From positions 640,001 to 704,000 of the forward strand of contig CM000433.1 of NCBI GenBank assembly GCA_000165345.1: 64,000 nucleotides of DNA. Direction: 5' to 3'. How positions within the stretch are numbered: the first letter of the stretch is position 1; each line of letters begins with the position of its first letter. Both the position numbers and the translations under genes were made by a program. This document shows, one piece after another, positions 41,736-52,965 of this stretch. A model generated the notes under the pieces. It had not been told where the DNA came from. It worked only from the letters and a program-made list of their open reading frames with translations, and did not search any database.

Positions 41736-44252
41736 ATGTTAAATGAAGAGTATTGGAAATCCAAGAAAAGCGATGAGGCTTTGGTATTAGTTAAAAATGT
41801 CGATCCCAAAGAATTGACAAGTATTTGTACCATATCCCCATTTAAGCTTAAAGAGGAATGGTTAAATTACTTAGTGAAATTAGATAATTATGAGAAAGAA
41901 ATTCTAATTGGCCAGAATTGTAAATTAATTTGTGGATCAACAAAAGATTCAACAATAAAGATTTTTTGTGAGGAAGATGAAGACGAATTTTTGTCTTGTT
42001 TTAATATAGTAAATGTAAATACGCATGAGAAGGTTGAATATAATATTAAGAGCATTTATAGTATTATTAGACAAGAAAGTATGGAAGAACTAAGATACAG
42101 TTTGGAAGATGATTCTTCATTAGAATCACTTTATAAAGATATTATAATAATCATAAATACAGAAAATAAATTATTGTCTTGCAAGATTCCCTTGCATTAT
42201 ATATTAACTTTGTATATAAGGAGTCGGATTAGAAGAATTAGAGAAAAGCTTGGAAACTATCAAAATTCCGATATTAGTGTCTCAAATATTAGAAAAACTT
42301 TATGGATTTATCAAATAGAGAATATTAGTGGTACAAATTTAATTTCTTGTTATAACATTAATAATGTTTATCCTTATATACTATTAATTTCTAAAGATGA
42401 AGAAAAAGAGTTCAAAATGAACCTTTGTTTGATTTCACTAAATAGAATGGATTTTGAACTAAATATGGAATTTGAAAAGACAGGAAATCCTTTGAATATT
42501 ATTTGTTATAACAGCTTTATTTTGGGAGATAATTCATCTTATTTTGAGATTCTTGAGAATGGAATTGGATTCTTTCCGTTAAAATCCAGTTATATTTGGG
42601 TAATTACAACAAAAAAAACAGTAAGTGAGAGGATATTAGAAAATAATGATAATAATAATGAATTAAGGTTGGATAAAGATATCTTTGACAATAATGAAAA
42701 TGAAGAATTAAAAATAGAGGATCTTTCAGAAAGCTCAAGTTGTTGTTTCTATTTATTTGAATCAAATAGAAGTGAAATAAAACATAGAGGGAATATGTTA
42801 TGTACAAATTATGATATAGAATTTTTTAGGATCTTGAATTTGACTTGTACAAATGAAGGAAAAGATCAAACAGGAATTAAAGAGTATATAATAAGAACAG
42901 TTTCTTCAACAAAAAATCCGAATGGTTTGTTTTGTTTTGATTTCAAGCTCAGAATAAACCCAAATAGTTCAGAAAGTGACAGGATGGTCATTTTGTCATT
43001 AATTTTCATGCCAATTTTGGAAAGAGAAGTTGATAGACACATTGATAATGGAGATACAAGAAATTATTTGAACTATTCTTTTGGAAACAATGATGGCAAA
43101 AGTCTTAATAGAAGCAAAAATGATGAGGTTAGTTCATTTTCTAGAGGATATAATAATTTAAGAATCACTACTTTATGTGTAATACCAAATTATATTCTTT
43201 TATTATTTGGAAGAAATATAGAAAATGAATTACGTGAGAATTTTCCTTTGATATTTTGTGGATTATCAAATGGTGAATGGAGAACTTATAGTATAAAATC
43301 ATCATTAAAGACAAGGAGGAGTGAAATACAAGACAAAATTAACCTAAGCACTGATGATATTGGATTTTTTGTTCTTAAAGGAGTTCACTTACTAAGAGGA
43401 GATGAGCTTTCTATAAATAATCAGCTTGATGGCTTAAATTTAAGTATTACCCCTTCATGCTGGAGTTTTGATCGTAATACCAAAATGTCAATACTATCAG
43501 TGGCAGCATCAAATAGTATTGGTAATGTATTCTTGTGGTGTTTAGAAAATGAGAGAAGACAGCTTCCATCAAAAAATATACTTTCTAAAAAAAAAGAAAT
43601 AACAAAAGAGAAGAACATAAGCTTTGAAATATCATCAAAAGAGATAGAATCAAAGCTCAGCAATATAAAAAATGAGCAAGATAAAGAGAAAAGAGGTTTA
43701 ATATCGTCAAATAAAGTTTCAAAGAACAAAGATATTCTGAAAACTATGGACGAACATATTAGAAGAATTGATGAAAGGTTGAGAAAAGTAAAAATTCAAG
43801 AGGAAATAATCTCAGACGCTGAGAGACGTCGAGAAAAAGTGAGAAAAAATAAGGAAAAGTTGAAACCAAGGAGGAAGCTAACGAAAGAGGAAGCCGCCAA
43901 TTTTGTTCCAGACTGTTTGAGCAGGTCAGTTAGCCCCAGAAAAGGATGTAATTCCTGTAACTACTCAGACCCTGATGAGAAGAAGCCATTTTTCTTTAAA
44001 TCAAAATATGATAATTTTGACCATAAAAGATATAGAAGCTACTATAAGGATAATGATCACGAATATCTTTTCCAATTAAATAATTTTCTAAATATAGAGT
44101 GTATTTACAAGTCTAAATTGTTCACAGAGGCAGGAAACAATATTAAAAACCCACAAATTTTTAATGAAATTGTTGACTTTGATCGTCTTTGCTCTAAATG
44201 GTCAAAAAATATTAGTGACGATATTCATTTCGATGAAATTTTAAATGAATAA
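41736..44252 (+). CDS. Hypothetical protein (838 aa) with a basic K/R/E-rich C-terminal region.
   Basis: Long uninterrupted ORF. E2F-like TTTGGCGGGAAC lies upstream at 41441. No recognisable domain by eye. Confidence 0.5.
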   Translation: MLNEEYWKSKKSDEALVLVKNVDPKELTSICTISPFKLKEEWLNYLVKLDNYEKEILIGQNCKLICGSTKDSTIKIFCEEDEDEFLSCFNIVNVNTHEKVEYNIKSIYSIIRQESMEELRYSLEDDSSLESLYKDIIIIINTENKLLSCKIPLHYILTLYIRSRIRRIREKLGNYQNSDISVSNIRKTLWIYQIENISGTNLISCYNINNVYPYILLISKDEEKEFKMNLCLISLNRMDFELNMEFEKTGNPLNIICYNSFILGDNSSYFEILENGIGFFPLKSSYIWVITTKKTVSERILENNDNNNELRLDKDIFDNNENEELKIEDLSESSSCCFYLFESNRSEIKHRGNMLCTNYDIEFFRILNLTCTNEGKDQTGIKEYIIRTVSSTKNPNGLFCFDFKLRINPNSSESDRMVILSLIFMPILEREVDRHIDNGDTRNYLNYSFGNNDGKSLNRSKNDEVSSFSRGYNNLRITTLCVIPNYILLLFGRNIENELRENFPLIFCGLSNGEWRTYSIKSSLKTRRSEIQDKINLSTDDIGFFVLKGVHLLRGDELSINNQLDGLNLSITPSCWSFDRNTKMSILSVAASNSIGNVFLWCLENERRQLPSKNILSKKKEITKEKNISFEISSKEIESKLSNIKNEQDKEKRGLISSNKVSKNKDILKTMDEHIRRIDERLRKVKIQEEIISDAERRREKVRKNKEKLKPRRKLTKEEAANFVPDCLSRSVSPRKGCNSCNYSDPDEKKPFFFKSKYDNFDHKRYRSYYKDNDHEYLFQLNNFLNIECIYKSKLFTEAGNNIKNPQIFNEIVDFDRLCSKWSKNISDDIHFDEILNE

Positions 44253-44666
44253 TAACCTCAGAACAATATTTATTCCATTTTCCTTTTTTTTGCTTTAGAA
44301 CATTTCAAATCTTCAGTTTTACATAAATAATATTATTAATTTATCATTCAATTATTCCGATTTTTTATTTGATTTTTAACCATTTCCTCACTTATTGCAT
44401 GCATGCAGTATTTAAATTAATGTGGTCAGGTCAGGCGCCAAATTTTTATATTAAGAAGAAAATTAAATTATATTTTGTATTAATAATTAATATAATTGTT
44501 TATGTTATAGGTTTGGGTTTAAGTTTAAAAGAAAGAAGCAAGTATAGTTTTTATTAAAGAATATCCAAGATAAATAATTAATATCAGTGTTTTTTTTAAG
44601 AAGATAGACGTATTATGCAAACACAACTTTTGATAATTAGGTTAATTTGAGTGATAATGCGCTGAA

Positions 44667-45005
44667 ATGAGTAATACTGTGAAAACTGTAACTACAATAA
44701 ATGAACAAGTAATTGAAGTAGTATCAAATTTGGAAACAAATAAAATTTCAGAAAAACTAGAGGATATATCCACTAAAGTTAATCAACTATTAACAGGTTA
44801 TATAAGTAAAGAAAATGATGAATCAAGTGTAAGTAGCCAAGATGAATATGAAGGTCAAACAAGTGAAGAAACAAGCCTTAATAAGTGTTTGAACGCCAAA
44901 TACAAAAGCGCAAACTATGAAAGCGAAAAAGAATCAAATCCAGTAGATAATTCAGAAACAACTAGTAGAGGCAAAAGGCATAAAAAAGATACTAGTGATA
45001 AATAA
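44667..45005 (+). CDS. Small Ser/Glu-rich hypothetical protein (112 aa).
   Basis: The ORF is preceded by its own promoter-type cluster (TTGCATGCATGCAG at 44396, GGCGCCAAAT at 44445). This argues it is a real transcription unit rather than a chance ORF. Confidence 0.4.
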   Translation: MSNTVKTVTTINEQVIEVVSNLETNKISEKLEDISTKVNQLLTGYISKENDESSVSSQDEYEGQTSEETSLNKCLNAKYKSANYESEKESNPVDNSETTSRGKRHKKDTSDK

Positions 45006-45125
45006 GAAGTAGAATAAAACTAGTAATAATAAAATTATTAGTCTCCCAAAGACTAGATTGACTATGTGTGTAAGTGTTTTCTACTTTTAGTAACTAAAAC
45101 TCTAAAATACCAAGCTTCTTGATAA

Positions 45126-45728
45126 TTAAGCTATAATTCCTAATCTACCTGGATAGTAGTTTGTAGCTGGGAAGGAAAATTCAGCTTCTTTGTTGGTAAG
45201 TCTCTTGTAAACTGCACCAAAAACATCAACTTTATCGGCGATATCCTTATCCTTATCTTTAGGGTCAAGGATTACCTTTAATAAAGTACTTCCATCAACA
45301 CGGTATCTAAGACGTTTTCCAACAATATCACTTGGACCACAGATATCCTCCAACAATGCATCATGTACAGCTGTAAGTGTTCTTGATCTTGGTCTTGACT
45401 TGAAACCATATTTACGATAGTTTCTTGGTAAGATTGATCTTTGACCAATCATAACAACTGGGCACTTAAGTTTCTTCTCTAATTCAGCAATGATACGTCC
45501 TTGAATCTTACGTACATATGCCATGAAAATTGCATATGGAACAAATACTGCAACTGCCTTTCTTGAACCACAATCAATTTCCTTTGCAGTTGAGAAAACT
45601 ACTGATTGAACGATCGCTTTCAACTCCTCGTCATTGCTTGATGATTCGATGTCTTGGAAGCATCTCTCAACATCCTTTTCCAATTGGGTGAGTGGTGAAT
45701 CGTTCTTCTTGATACACTTTCCTTTCAT
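45126..45728 (-). CDS. RPS7: 40S ribosomal protein S7 (eS7).
   Basis: 200 aa. Typical eS7 blocks RKAVAVFVPY, RIIAELEKK, VVMIGQRSILP, TLTAVHDALLEDI, IVGKRLRYRVDGS. A strong promoter cluster with GGCGCC, (GC)5 and TGCATG lies upstream at 45840-45990. Confidence 0.9.
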   Translation of the reverse strand: MKGKCIKKNDSPLTQLEKDVERCFQDIESSSNDEELKAIVQSVVFSTAKEIDCGSRKAVAVFVPYAIFMAYVRKIQGRIIAELEKKLKCPVVMIGQRSILPRNYRKYGFKSRPRSRTLTAVHDALLEDICGPSDIVGKRLRYRVDGSTLLKVILDPKDKDKDIADKVDVFGAVYKRLTNKEAEFSFPATNYYPGRLGIIA

Positions 45729-45839
45729 TGTTAGAGTATGTTATTAGCCAGCCTCTCAACTACAAAAAAACTGTTCTAAAGTTAATGCCTTTATTTAATT
45801 CTTGTAATTTAACCCTTTTTTTTTACCTGGTACTTTTTT

Positions 45840-45990
45840 AGGCGCTACCTTTTTTTTCCTTGCTTTTGTTTGTCTCAAGTTCCTTTTATTTCCAAAATCA
45901 TTGGCGCCGTCTTTAATAAAATAAAGCGCGCGCGCGCAAATGCATGTACTCCCGCTTTATAATTTTTCTATGTATTTGTGCATGCAATAT
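45840..45990. promoter_or_regulatory. RPS7 upstream region: GGCGCT / GGCGCCG sites, an alternating (GC)5 tract, and TGCATG elements.
   Basis: ttaggcgctacc ... cattggcgccgtctttaataaaataaagcgcgcgcgcgcaaatgcatgtactcccgctttat ... tgtgcatgcaat. Confidence 0.5.
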
Positions 45991-46722
45991 TGTTCAAGAT
46001 GCTTTATGAATTATAAATGTTTATCAAATGAAATATAAACAAAAGGTTTAATTATAGAATTTAATTAATATTTCAAATATTTTGAATTTGTCAACTGAAA
46101 TTTATTTTAAGTAAGATTTAACTATTAGTTTGATTTTTTTTTTTAAATTAAATCTGTGTAGAAATTTAATTCAGGTACCTTAGTACCCAAAAAAAAAAAG
46201 AATTTATTCTAAGAGCAATATAAAATAATGTTAAATTAATAATTATTGTTATATTAAATTTAAAAAGTGGCATAATTATATCAACATTTGTCTTTTTTTT
46301 TTTAATAATTTTTGAATATTTAAAAAATAGTCATTAGTAATTCGTCTAAAAATGATTTAAAAAAAAAAAAAAAAAAAGAAATACTATACATCAAAATATC
46401 AATAAAACTACATCTTTGTATAATAAAATGAATTAATAACTTTTGAAAGCATACTCTAATTAATGATTTTTTTTCTTTTGTAAAACATGCAAATTTAAAT
46501 ATTAATGTGTGCGTGTGAATTTAACTCCAATATTAAAAGTTATTCGAGTATTTAAAGTTGCAAATTAAAAAGAAAAAAATTAAAAATAACAACTAATTGA
46601 TATTATTTGAATAAACCATTATAATTCTTTATTATGGTTTATTTTGCAATAAATTAGGAAGAAAAAAAAAATTTTATTATTAATTTCTAATTGGCATTAT
46701 TTTGAAGAAATAACAATTTAAA

Positions 46723-47536
46723 ATGCATGCAAGAAGATTAAATAGCACAAAACTTGAGGAAATAACATATCTCCCAGAGGAAGAAGATATTCTAATTTGG
46801 CATTCAAAGAGTTTAGAAAGTAAAGAAAAAAGTAATCTAGAACATCGACATTCTAGTAAAGCCAAAAAGAATTCCAATAATTTAAAACTGCAGACAAAAT
46901 TGATTTCTTCCCCAGATACTGAAAAACAAACCAAACTAGTAAATAAATTCCATACAATTCCAGAGGACTCAAAAACTAGTGTTTTTGATCGTCTTCTAGA
47001 TCCAAAGCTTTACACTGGAATGCATAAATATAGATTTGACAAAGATGGAAATGGACTAGGAAAAGCAGGTAGAGAATATTTATTCAGGGAGGATGGATAT
47101 ACTGAAAGCACAAAAAGAAAGCACGAAGTTGTTAGCTCCTCAATTAAGAGACATTCATATGCAAATATTTCCAGTAACGACTTCTTACAAAAAGCTAAAG
47201 TTATTTGGCTTTATAAAAATGGGGATAAATATGATAAAGGAACAATTTATTATGTTAAACCATATATCAGAAATATGACCCAACTACTTAATGAAATCAA
47301 TAGGGTAAGTCCAATCATTAATTCTTTTATTATTTTGCATTAATTTTTTGTTCACACTCCAGAATGTCAGACTTTTAGGCGGGCCCGTCAGAGCATTGTA
47401 TGATCAGGGGTTAAAACAAATTAATGGTGTATCAGAAATTGTAGATGGGGCAAAATATTTGTGTACTTCCGGAGAACAGCCAACATCAATTGAAAAGTTG
47501 GAAAAATTTTTGAGTTATTGGATAATTAATAAATGA
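46723..47536 (+). CDS. Apicortin: a partial p25-alpha domain plus a doublecortin (DCX) domain, 2 exons: 46723..47304, 47363..47536. Total 251 aa.
   Basis: p25-alpha-like block FDRLLDPKLYTGMHKYRFDKDGNGLGKAGREY, followed by DCX-like KAKVIWLYKNGDKYDKGTIYYV...R|NVRLLGGPVRALYDQGLKQINGVSEIVDGAKYLCTSGEQP. The intron is GTAAGT...CAG (47305-47362), phase 0. This p25alpha+DCX architecture is the apicomplexan apicortin family. Confidence 0.7.
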
Positions 47537-47877
47537 TTTTTCAATATCTTTTGTAGATGATAAAGATATCTCGTTGACATTCGTATTTACAACTTATTTG
47601 AAATTATATTTTACTAAAGAAAAAATTATTAAAAGTTTGTATATAATAATAACAGTAATAATAAGAAATTAACTAATTATAATCATTAATATTGAAATCT
47701 TGTTTGAATTTAAAGGAGAAATCAATGTATGATATTTCTACTCCAGAAACCCTAACTAATTGAATTTATGAATCTTTACTAGATAGGCGCATTCAAAGTA
47801 TAAACTGAGTGGAAATATTGACATTAGAATTTGCTCGATTTCCATTATTGAGCTTTTCATTAGAAATGTTTGTCTAA

Positions 47878-48813
47878 TTAATTACCATATCTTTTGCATA
47901 GATTTTGCCAAGCATGATATGTAAAATTGGAGATAATTCCAGTATTTTTCTCAAAATCAGACGAAATACTTGAATTGGCCAAAAAAACTAAAACCTTCTT
48001 GTCTTTACTTGTATTATTCTTAATGACAGTATTTGGAGAAGTAATTGAAATAAGGGAATCTTTTAGCAAAGATAATAGTGAAAATAAATTAAAACATGTA
48101 TTTGCAAAACCATATTGTTGATCTTTTTCTAAAACAAGCTCCCATAATTCAATACCCTCATTATTTATATCTTTTTCTTGTATTTTATTCAATAACTTAT
48201 TTTTGAATTCCTGTAATATTTGAATATTTTGTGTATCGTGAACATCTTCATCTTCTAAGGTTTTTGTTTCTTTCGATATTGTATTCTTAGTCCTGTTATT
48301 AACAACTCTAACCCTTTTTGCAGGTGGCTCACTATGGGTTTCTTGACTGAGTAAACCTTGTAATGTGTTAAATTTAATATTGTTAATTGGGAAAACGTTT
48401 ATTGTAAAATGATCATTAAACCATCCATTCCAATTCAATTTGACAAATTCATCATCATTTTCTGTAGGAAAGTCAGAATCCTCCTCAGATGTATCATTTT
48501 GCTGAGGCTTTTTATTCATGTATTTATCTTTCCAATTTTTTAATATGTTTCTTAACAATGAGTTTTGAGATTGTTTATATATCTTGTTATATCTTTTTTC
48601 ATTTACAAGTGCCTTTACTGATCCAAATTCACAAAGTAGTGAAAATGTCCGATAATCAGACTCACCAATATTTTCAAAAAACTCATCATCTTTTAATACA
48701 TATTCTTTGTATTCTGATCTCTTCTGTGGATCGCTTAGAAGGTCTTGATTTTTCTCAATTGCCCTTGTTAATTCTCTTATTTTTGAATGAATTGGCTCAC
48801 CCTCCATTGCCAT
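47878..48813 (-). CDS. Hypothetical protein. Weak resemblance to Nse4 (non-SMC element 4, the kleisin of the SMC5/6 complex).
   Basis: 311 aa. The N-terminal helix IHSKIRELTRAIEKNQDLLSD and C-terminal ELWELVLEKDQQYGFANTCFNLFSLLSLLKDS loosely mirror Nse4 RRIRRQYRQLMYSVQQNREDIV and [29 protein letters not shown]. By-eye similarity only. Confidence 0.35.
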   Translation of the reverse strand: MAMEGEPIHSKIRELTRAIEKNQDLLSDPQKRSEYKEYVLKDDEFFENIGESDYRTFSLLCEFGSVKALVNEKRYNKIYKQSQNSLLRNILKNWKDKYMNKKPQQNDTSEEDSDFPTENDDEFVKLNWNGWFNDHFTINVFPINNIKFNTLQGLLSQETHSEPPAKRVRVVNNRTKNTISKETKTLEDEDVHDTQNIQILQEFKNKLLNKIQEKDINNEGIELWELVLEKDQQYGFANTCFNLFSLLSLLKDSLISITSPNTVIKNNTSKDKKVLVFLANSSISSDFEKNTGIISNFTYHAWQNLCKRYGN

Positions 48814-48944
48814 TAACTTAAAATCTACTCAAAATAATATTTTCATTGCTGAAATAGCAAAAAAATTACAAAAAAAGTTAACTTCTACTTAGTTTCCAAG
48901 AATAACTTGATATTATTATTATTATTATTTTTTTTTTCCAATTT

Positions 48945-49015
48945 TCTATACCGGTATTACCCACATTTTAGGCGCCATACATGTAATTTGCATGACAAAT
49001 TTTGCATTTATTATT
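48945..49015. promoter_or_regulatory. Divergent promoter region (Nse4-like gene on minus / esterase gene on plus): CTATACCGGTA palindrome, GGCGCC, and GCATG elements.
   Basis: ttttctataccggtattacccacattttaggcgccatacatgtaatttgcatgacaaattttgcattt. Confidence 0.5.
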
Positions 49016-49327
49016 GCATAATGGCTGACAAATTTTAAATAAATAGTTGAAACCAAAATCACAGATTAGTCTCGAAATTGAGTAAGTTATAAAATAGGAA
49101 AAAAATGTAATAAAATTGGAAAGGATTTAAAGATTATACAAAGAAGAAAAATAAAATAACTAGGATAGGAAGAAAGAATTAAATAATTCAAATAATGTCA
49201 GAATAAAATAATAACCAAGATAATCGTTTCTGAAGAATAATAAACTAAGCATAATTATTATGTATACTCATATTTTTAAGAATATATATTTATATGAACA
49301 ATAAAAGTACATAATAAGTCAATAAAA

Positions 49328-52051
49328 ATGAAAAAAAATTATCATTTTAAAATAATAACGAATTTGTTGTTAATATTATTTTTATATAAGATTGAAGTTT
49401 TTGAATCTGTTGAAATTGAAGGCATACAACTAATAGGAAAGAAAAATAATGGAATTACATCATTCTATAATATCAGATATGGTGTAGCAAATCGTTTTCA
49501 ACCACCCAAATTATTATCAATTACTGAAGCTGTAATTATGGACGAGGATAGAACATCCAAAATTCCAAAAAGCTATGATTTATCAACAAATAAAGGCTCA
49601 TCATGTCCTCAAGACTGCTCAGATACTCAGCAAACAAGTCAAAAGACTTTTCTATGTAGAGGAACTGAGCCTGAAACTCAATCTGAGGCTTGCTTAACTT
49701 TGAGTGTATTTACAGCAACTAATCAGATTGAGGAAATATTGAGCCAGTTTTCTACTGTTGCAAAACATGTTTCTTCAAATAATACTCAAATTAATATGCT
49801 TTCAAGTGTAAATAATACTCTTATGAATAATCTTAATAAACAAAAATCAACCATATCTTCAATTGTACAAGCTAATATGTCATCTTTAAAGCCTGTCTAC
49901 GTTTTTATTCATGGTGGATTATACCTATTTGGATCTTCCAATTCTGAAACTAACTTTGGAGAAAAACTTGCAGAATCTGGAGCTGTAATTGTTACTATCA
50001 ATTATAGGCTTGGAATTCTTGGATGGTTAAGAACAAAAAATCTTTCATCTGGAAATATGGGATTTCTTGACCAAAGAATTGCTTTAGAATGGATTCACAA
50101 ATACATTGTAAATTTTGGAGGTGATCCTAATCGAATTATTCTTGCAGGACATAGTGCAGGAGCTAAATCAGTATTATGCCATTCAGTTACTGAAGAAAGT
50201 AATAAGTATTTCTCAGGTGTAATCATCCACTCTGGAGCTCTCTCTCAAAATGAAACTGCTCTTAAAGAGGCGGAAAATATGGGTGAAATGGCTGAAGCCA
50301 TTGCATCTGAAAAGTGTCTTGCAACTATATTAAGCTGTACAACTAAGCAATTATTGGAAATTCAAAAAGAGGTTAGAACACAAATAGTTCGATCTAATCC
50401 ATCCAAAGCTCTTCATTCTTGGTCTCCAATTGTTGATGGAGTTATTATCAAGGACTCTTGTAGAAATCTGGCATTATCTGGATCTATTCCTAAAAATATC
50501 AATGTAATTATCAGTACAACCAATTCAGAAGGTGTTCAATTCTTTAGATCATTTATTGCTTATTTACCAGCAATTTCAAGAGGTCTTGCTACTAGTAATT
50601 TTGCTTTTAGGTACCTAGTATCAAGAGTATTTGGCCCAAAAGCAGGAGAAGCTATGAAAATATATAGTAATAATAACTTTGCAAATTCTGCATCAATAGC
50701 TTCAGATTATGAAATATCTGATCCAAATTATGATTTGCAAAATAATACTAATATTAATCATGATAATTCTTCCTATGTTAATAATGAAACAATATCCAAT
50801 CCTATTGAAATTCAAAAAGAGGATAATGAAACTATGATTGGATTCAAAGCTGATGATATTAAATATGCAGATAAAGAAAATAATCAGATTGTTTCTAGTT
50901 CTGGATTTAATTTGTTCCAGGTTGGAAGAAATAGAGATGAAGAAAAGTGGAATGGTATAATTGATGATCCTGTGGCTTTAGCATATGCAAGAATGATTGG
51001 GGACTTTATATATAGTGTAAGTTTTTTTATTAAACAATATTTTATTCAAATTAATCCTTTATTTATTTCAGTGCCCAGCAAGAATGTTCATTAAGAAGCT
51101 ATCACAGTATAATCCTAATGTATATGGCTACTTTGTTAATAGTGGTTTTAAATGGACTGAAGGATTAAAGAAAGGATATGAAGTTAATAATAGTTCTTTT
51201 ATTTCTGGTAAGTTTTAAAGATTTCATTCATTTACATATTAATATCATTTCTCTTTTCAAAGAAATATTCCAAGCTCCCAAGTTTTCACTGAGAAATACT
51301 CCAAAAGGAGTAGTATGCCAAAACGACGATGTTGCCTGTAAAACTTATGTATATGATTGTAGCGATACCAGATTAGTTTGCCATATGGAAGATATGATTT
51401 GGTTATTCCAGACTTTTCCAAATAAATTGAATGATAATGTTGATCGAGTTTTTATTAATGAGCAGAATCTAGCTTTAACATTTTTCTCTCAATTAATTAA
51501 AAAGTCTTTGGGAGAAACTGAGACTCTTTCAAAAAAACAACAACAAATCTTCAGAAAGTCATCTTTCCCTGAATCTCTTGATATTTCTCCAGATGTTAAT
51601 TCTTGGGATTCATTTTCTGATGGAGGTAAGTCTAAATTATCTTTTTTTCCCCCTAAAAGAAAAAATCTTACAATTTGTAATTAATTTTATAGGTAAAATA
51701 CTTCAGCTTAATGGTAACAAGACTGAATTAGTTTCTGATTTCAAATCAGAAGAATGTGAGCTTTGGGAATGGAGAAATAATGACTTATCCATGACTTTCC
51801 ACCAACTAATTGATTCAAAGACTATTCCACAATCAAAGAATAATGTTGATAGTAATACCTTCACTGGTGTCAGCAGAAATGATGAGAATGAAAGTAGAAA
51901 TCTGAATATTAATCTGTTAGATGAAAACATTGAAAATCCTAATAGCAGCCTTTCAGATGATCAATTCAGTCAAATCTCAATCTTAACTCAAAATGATACA
52001 AAAAAAGATATTTCAGATAACTCCAATATTAATGGTAATGAGGAAATTTAA
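49328..52051 (+). CDS. Type-B carboxylesterase/lipase-family (cholinesterase-like) protein with a signal peptide, 4 exons: 49328..51016, 51072..51207, 51263..51625, 51693..52051. Total 2547 nt, 848 aa.
   Basis: Family blocks SEACLTLSVFTA (EDCLYLNVW), PVYVFIHGGLYLFGS, GAVIVTINYRLGILGWL, GNMGFLDQRIALEWIHKYIVNFGGDPNRIILAGHSAGA (GESAG serine nucleophile context). Hydrophobic N-terminus MKKNYHFKIITNLLLILFLYKIEVF. Introns are GTAAGT...AG and phases close. The ORF track fragments the gene across three frames. Confidence 0.75.
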
Positions 52052-52297
52052 TGATTATTAATTGATTTATGTATATATTATATATATATTTATATTTTTT
52101 ACGCAATAAAAATATATAGATTCTTAAACTTCTCAATGAAATAATCAATAAGTAATAATCGTTCTTATAATATTATTATCATTATTCTAGTTTCTAATTT
52201 AGATTCCTAAATAAACCATTTTGATTTGCCGAAAAATCCAATTTTGGATAAATCAGTATCAATGTTTCAAAATACAAAAGATATTCAATTTCGTATT

Positions 52298-52783
52298 TCA
52301 TGAAACTTTAACTTGAGAACCTTGAAAGTAAAGCTTCATAAAATATGCATCTTCCTTATCAGCATAATACTTGGCTTCTATACTATCTACCTTGTAATTT
52401 AATGCCTTTTGATACAAATTCTTTGCAGTATAATTTGAAATCCTTACATGCAAACTGCAGTATGGAGCATTATATATACTCTGCATACCATGATGATTTT
52501 GTGTAAGTAGCTTCTTTGCTAACCCAAATCCTCTATGTGTTCTTAAAACTGCTATTGAAGTAATATGTCCATGTAGGGGATTTGAATCATCTTCAATCTT
52601 GCCAAGAACATACCCTACAGACTTGTTTGGGTCATTTGAATCGGTTGCTATATCCAAAAGTTGTGGCCAAGTCATTGAATGATAATAATAATACTTAATT
52701 TGGTAGTTCTCTGGTAAACAGTACAAATTGTTCTGTTGTATTGTGAACAAATCATCTATTGTGGCTCTTCTAATACAAGCCAT
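52298..52783 (-). CDS. NAA10: N-alpha-acetyltransferase 10 (NatA catalytic subunit, Ard1).
   Basis: 161 aa, near-collinear with human NAA10: MACIRRATIDDLFTIQQNNLYCLPENYQIKYYYYHSMTWPQL versus [41 protein letters not shown]. It also has ...HGHITSIAVLRTHRGFGLAKKL..., ...YCSLHVRISN... and ...AKYYADKEDAYFMK. Confidence 0.85.
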   Translation of the reverse strand: MACIRRATIDDLFTIQQNNLYCLPENYQIKYYYYHSMTWPQLLDIATDSNDPNKSVGYVLGKIEDDSNPLHGHITSIAVLRTHRGFGLAKKLLTQNHHGMQSIYNAPYCSLHVRISNYTAKNLYQKALNYKVDSIEAKYYADKEDAYFMKLYFQGSQVKVS

Positions 52784-52924
52784 TCCTCCCCCAAAATTTT
52801 GTGTCTATCTTAGTTCTATTCCTTAATTCTTTGTTTCTAATTTCTTTTAACTCTTCTCCTTCTTTTCTATCCACACCTGATCTTATTCTAATTTTCTTAT
52901 TATATTTGTGCATTTTTCTTTTAT

Positions 52925-52965
52925 TTCAACTTGCTCAATTTTGGCGCCACAACTTCCCGCCTTTT
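52925..52965. promoter_or_regulatory. NAA10 upstream promoter elements (minus-strand gene; may be shared with the cullin-like gene): TTGGCGCCAC plus TTCCCGCC.
   Basis: caattttggcgccacaacttcccgccttttgaaagg, immediately 5' of the NAA10 start at 52783. Confidence 0.5.

Noticed and set aside
47377-47391. GGCGGGCCCGTC E2F-like string.
   Set aside because: It lies inside apicortin exon 2 and simply encodes GGPV of the DCX domain. There are no companion motifs.
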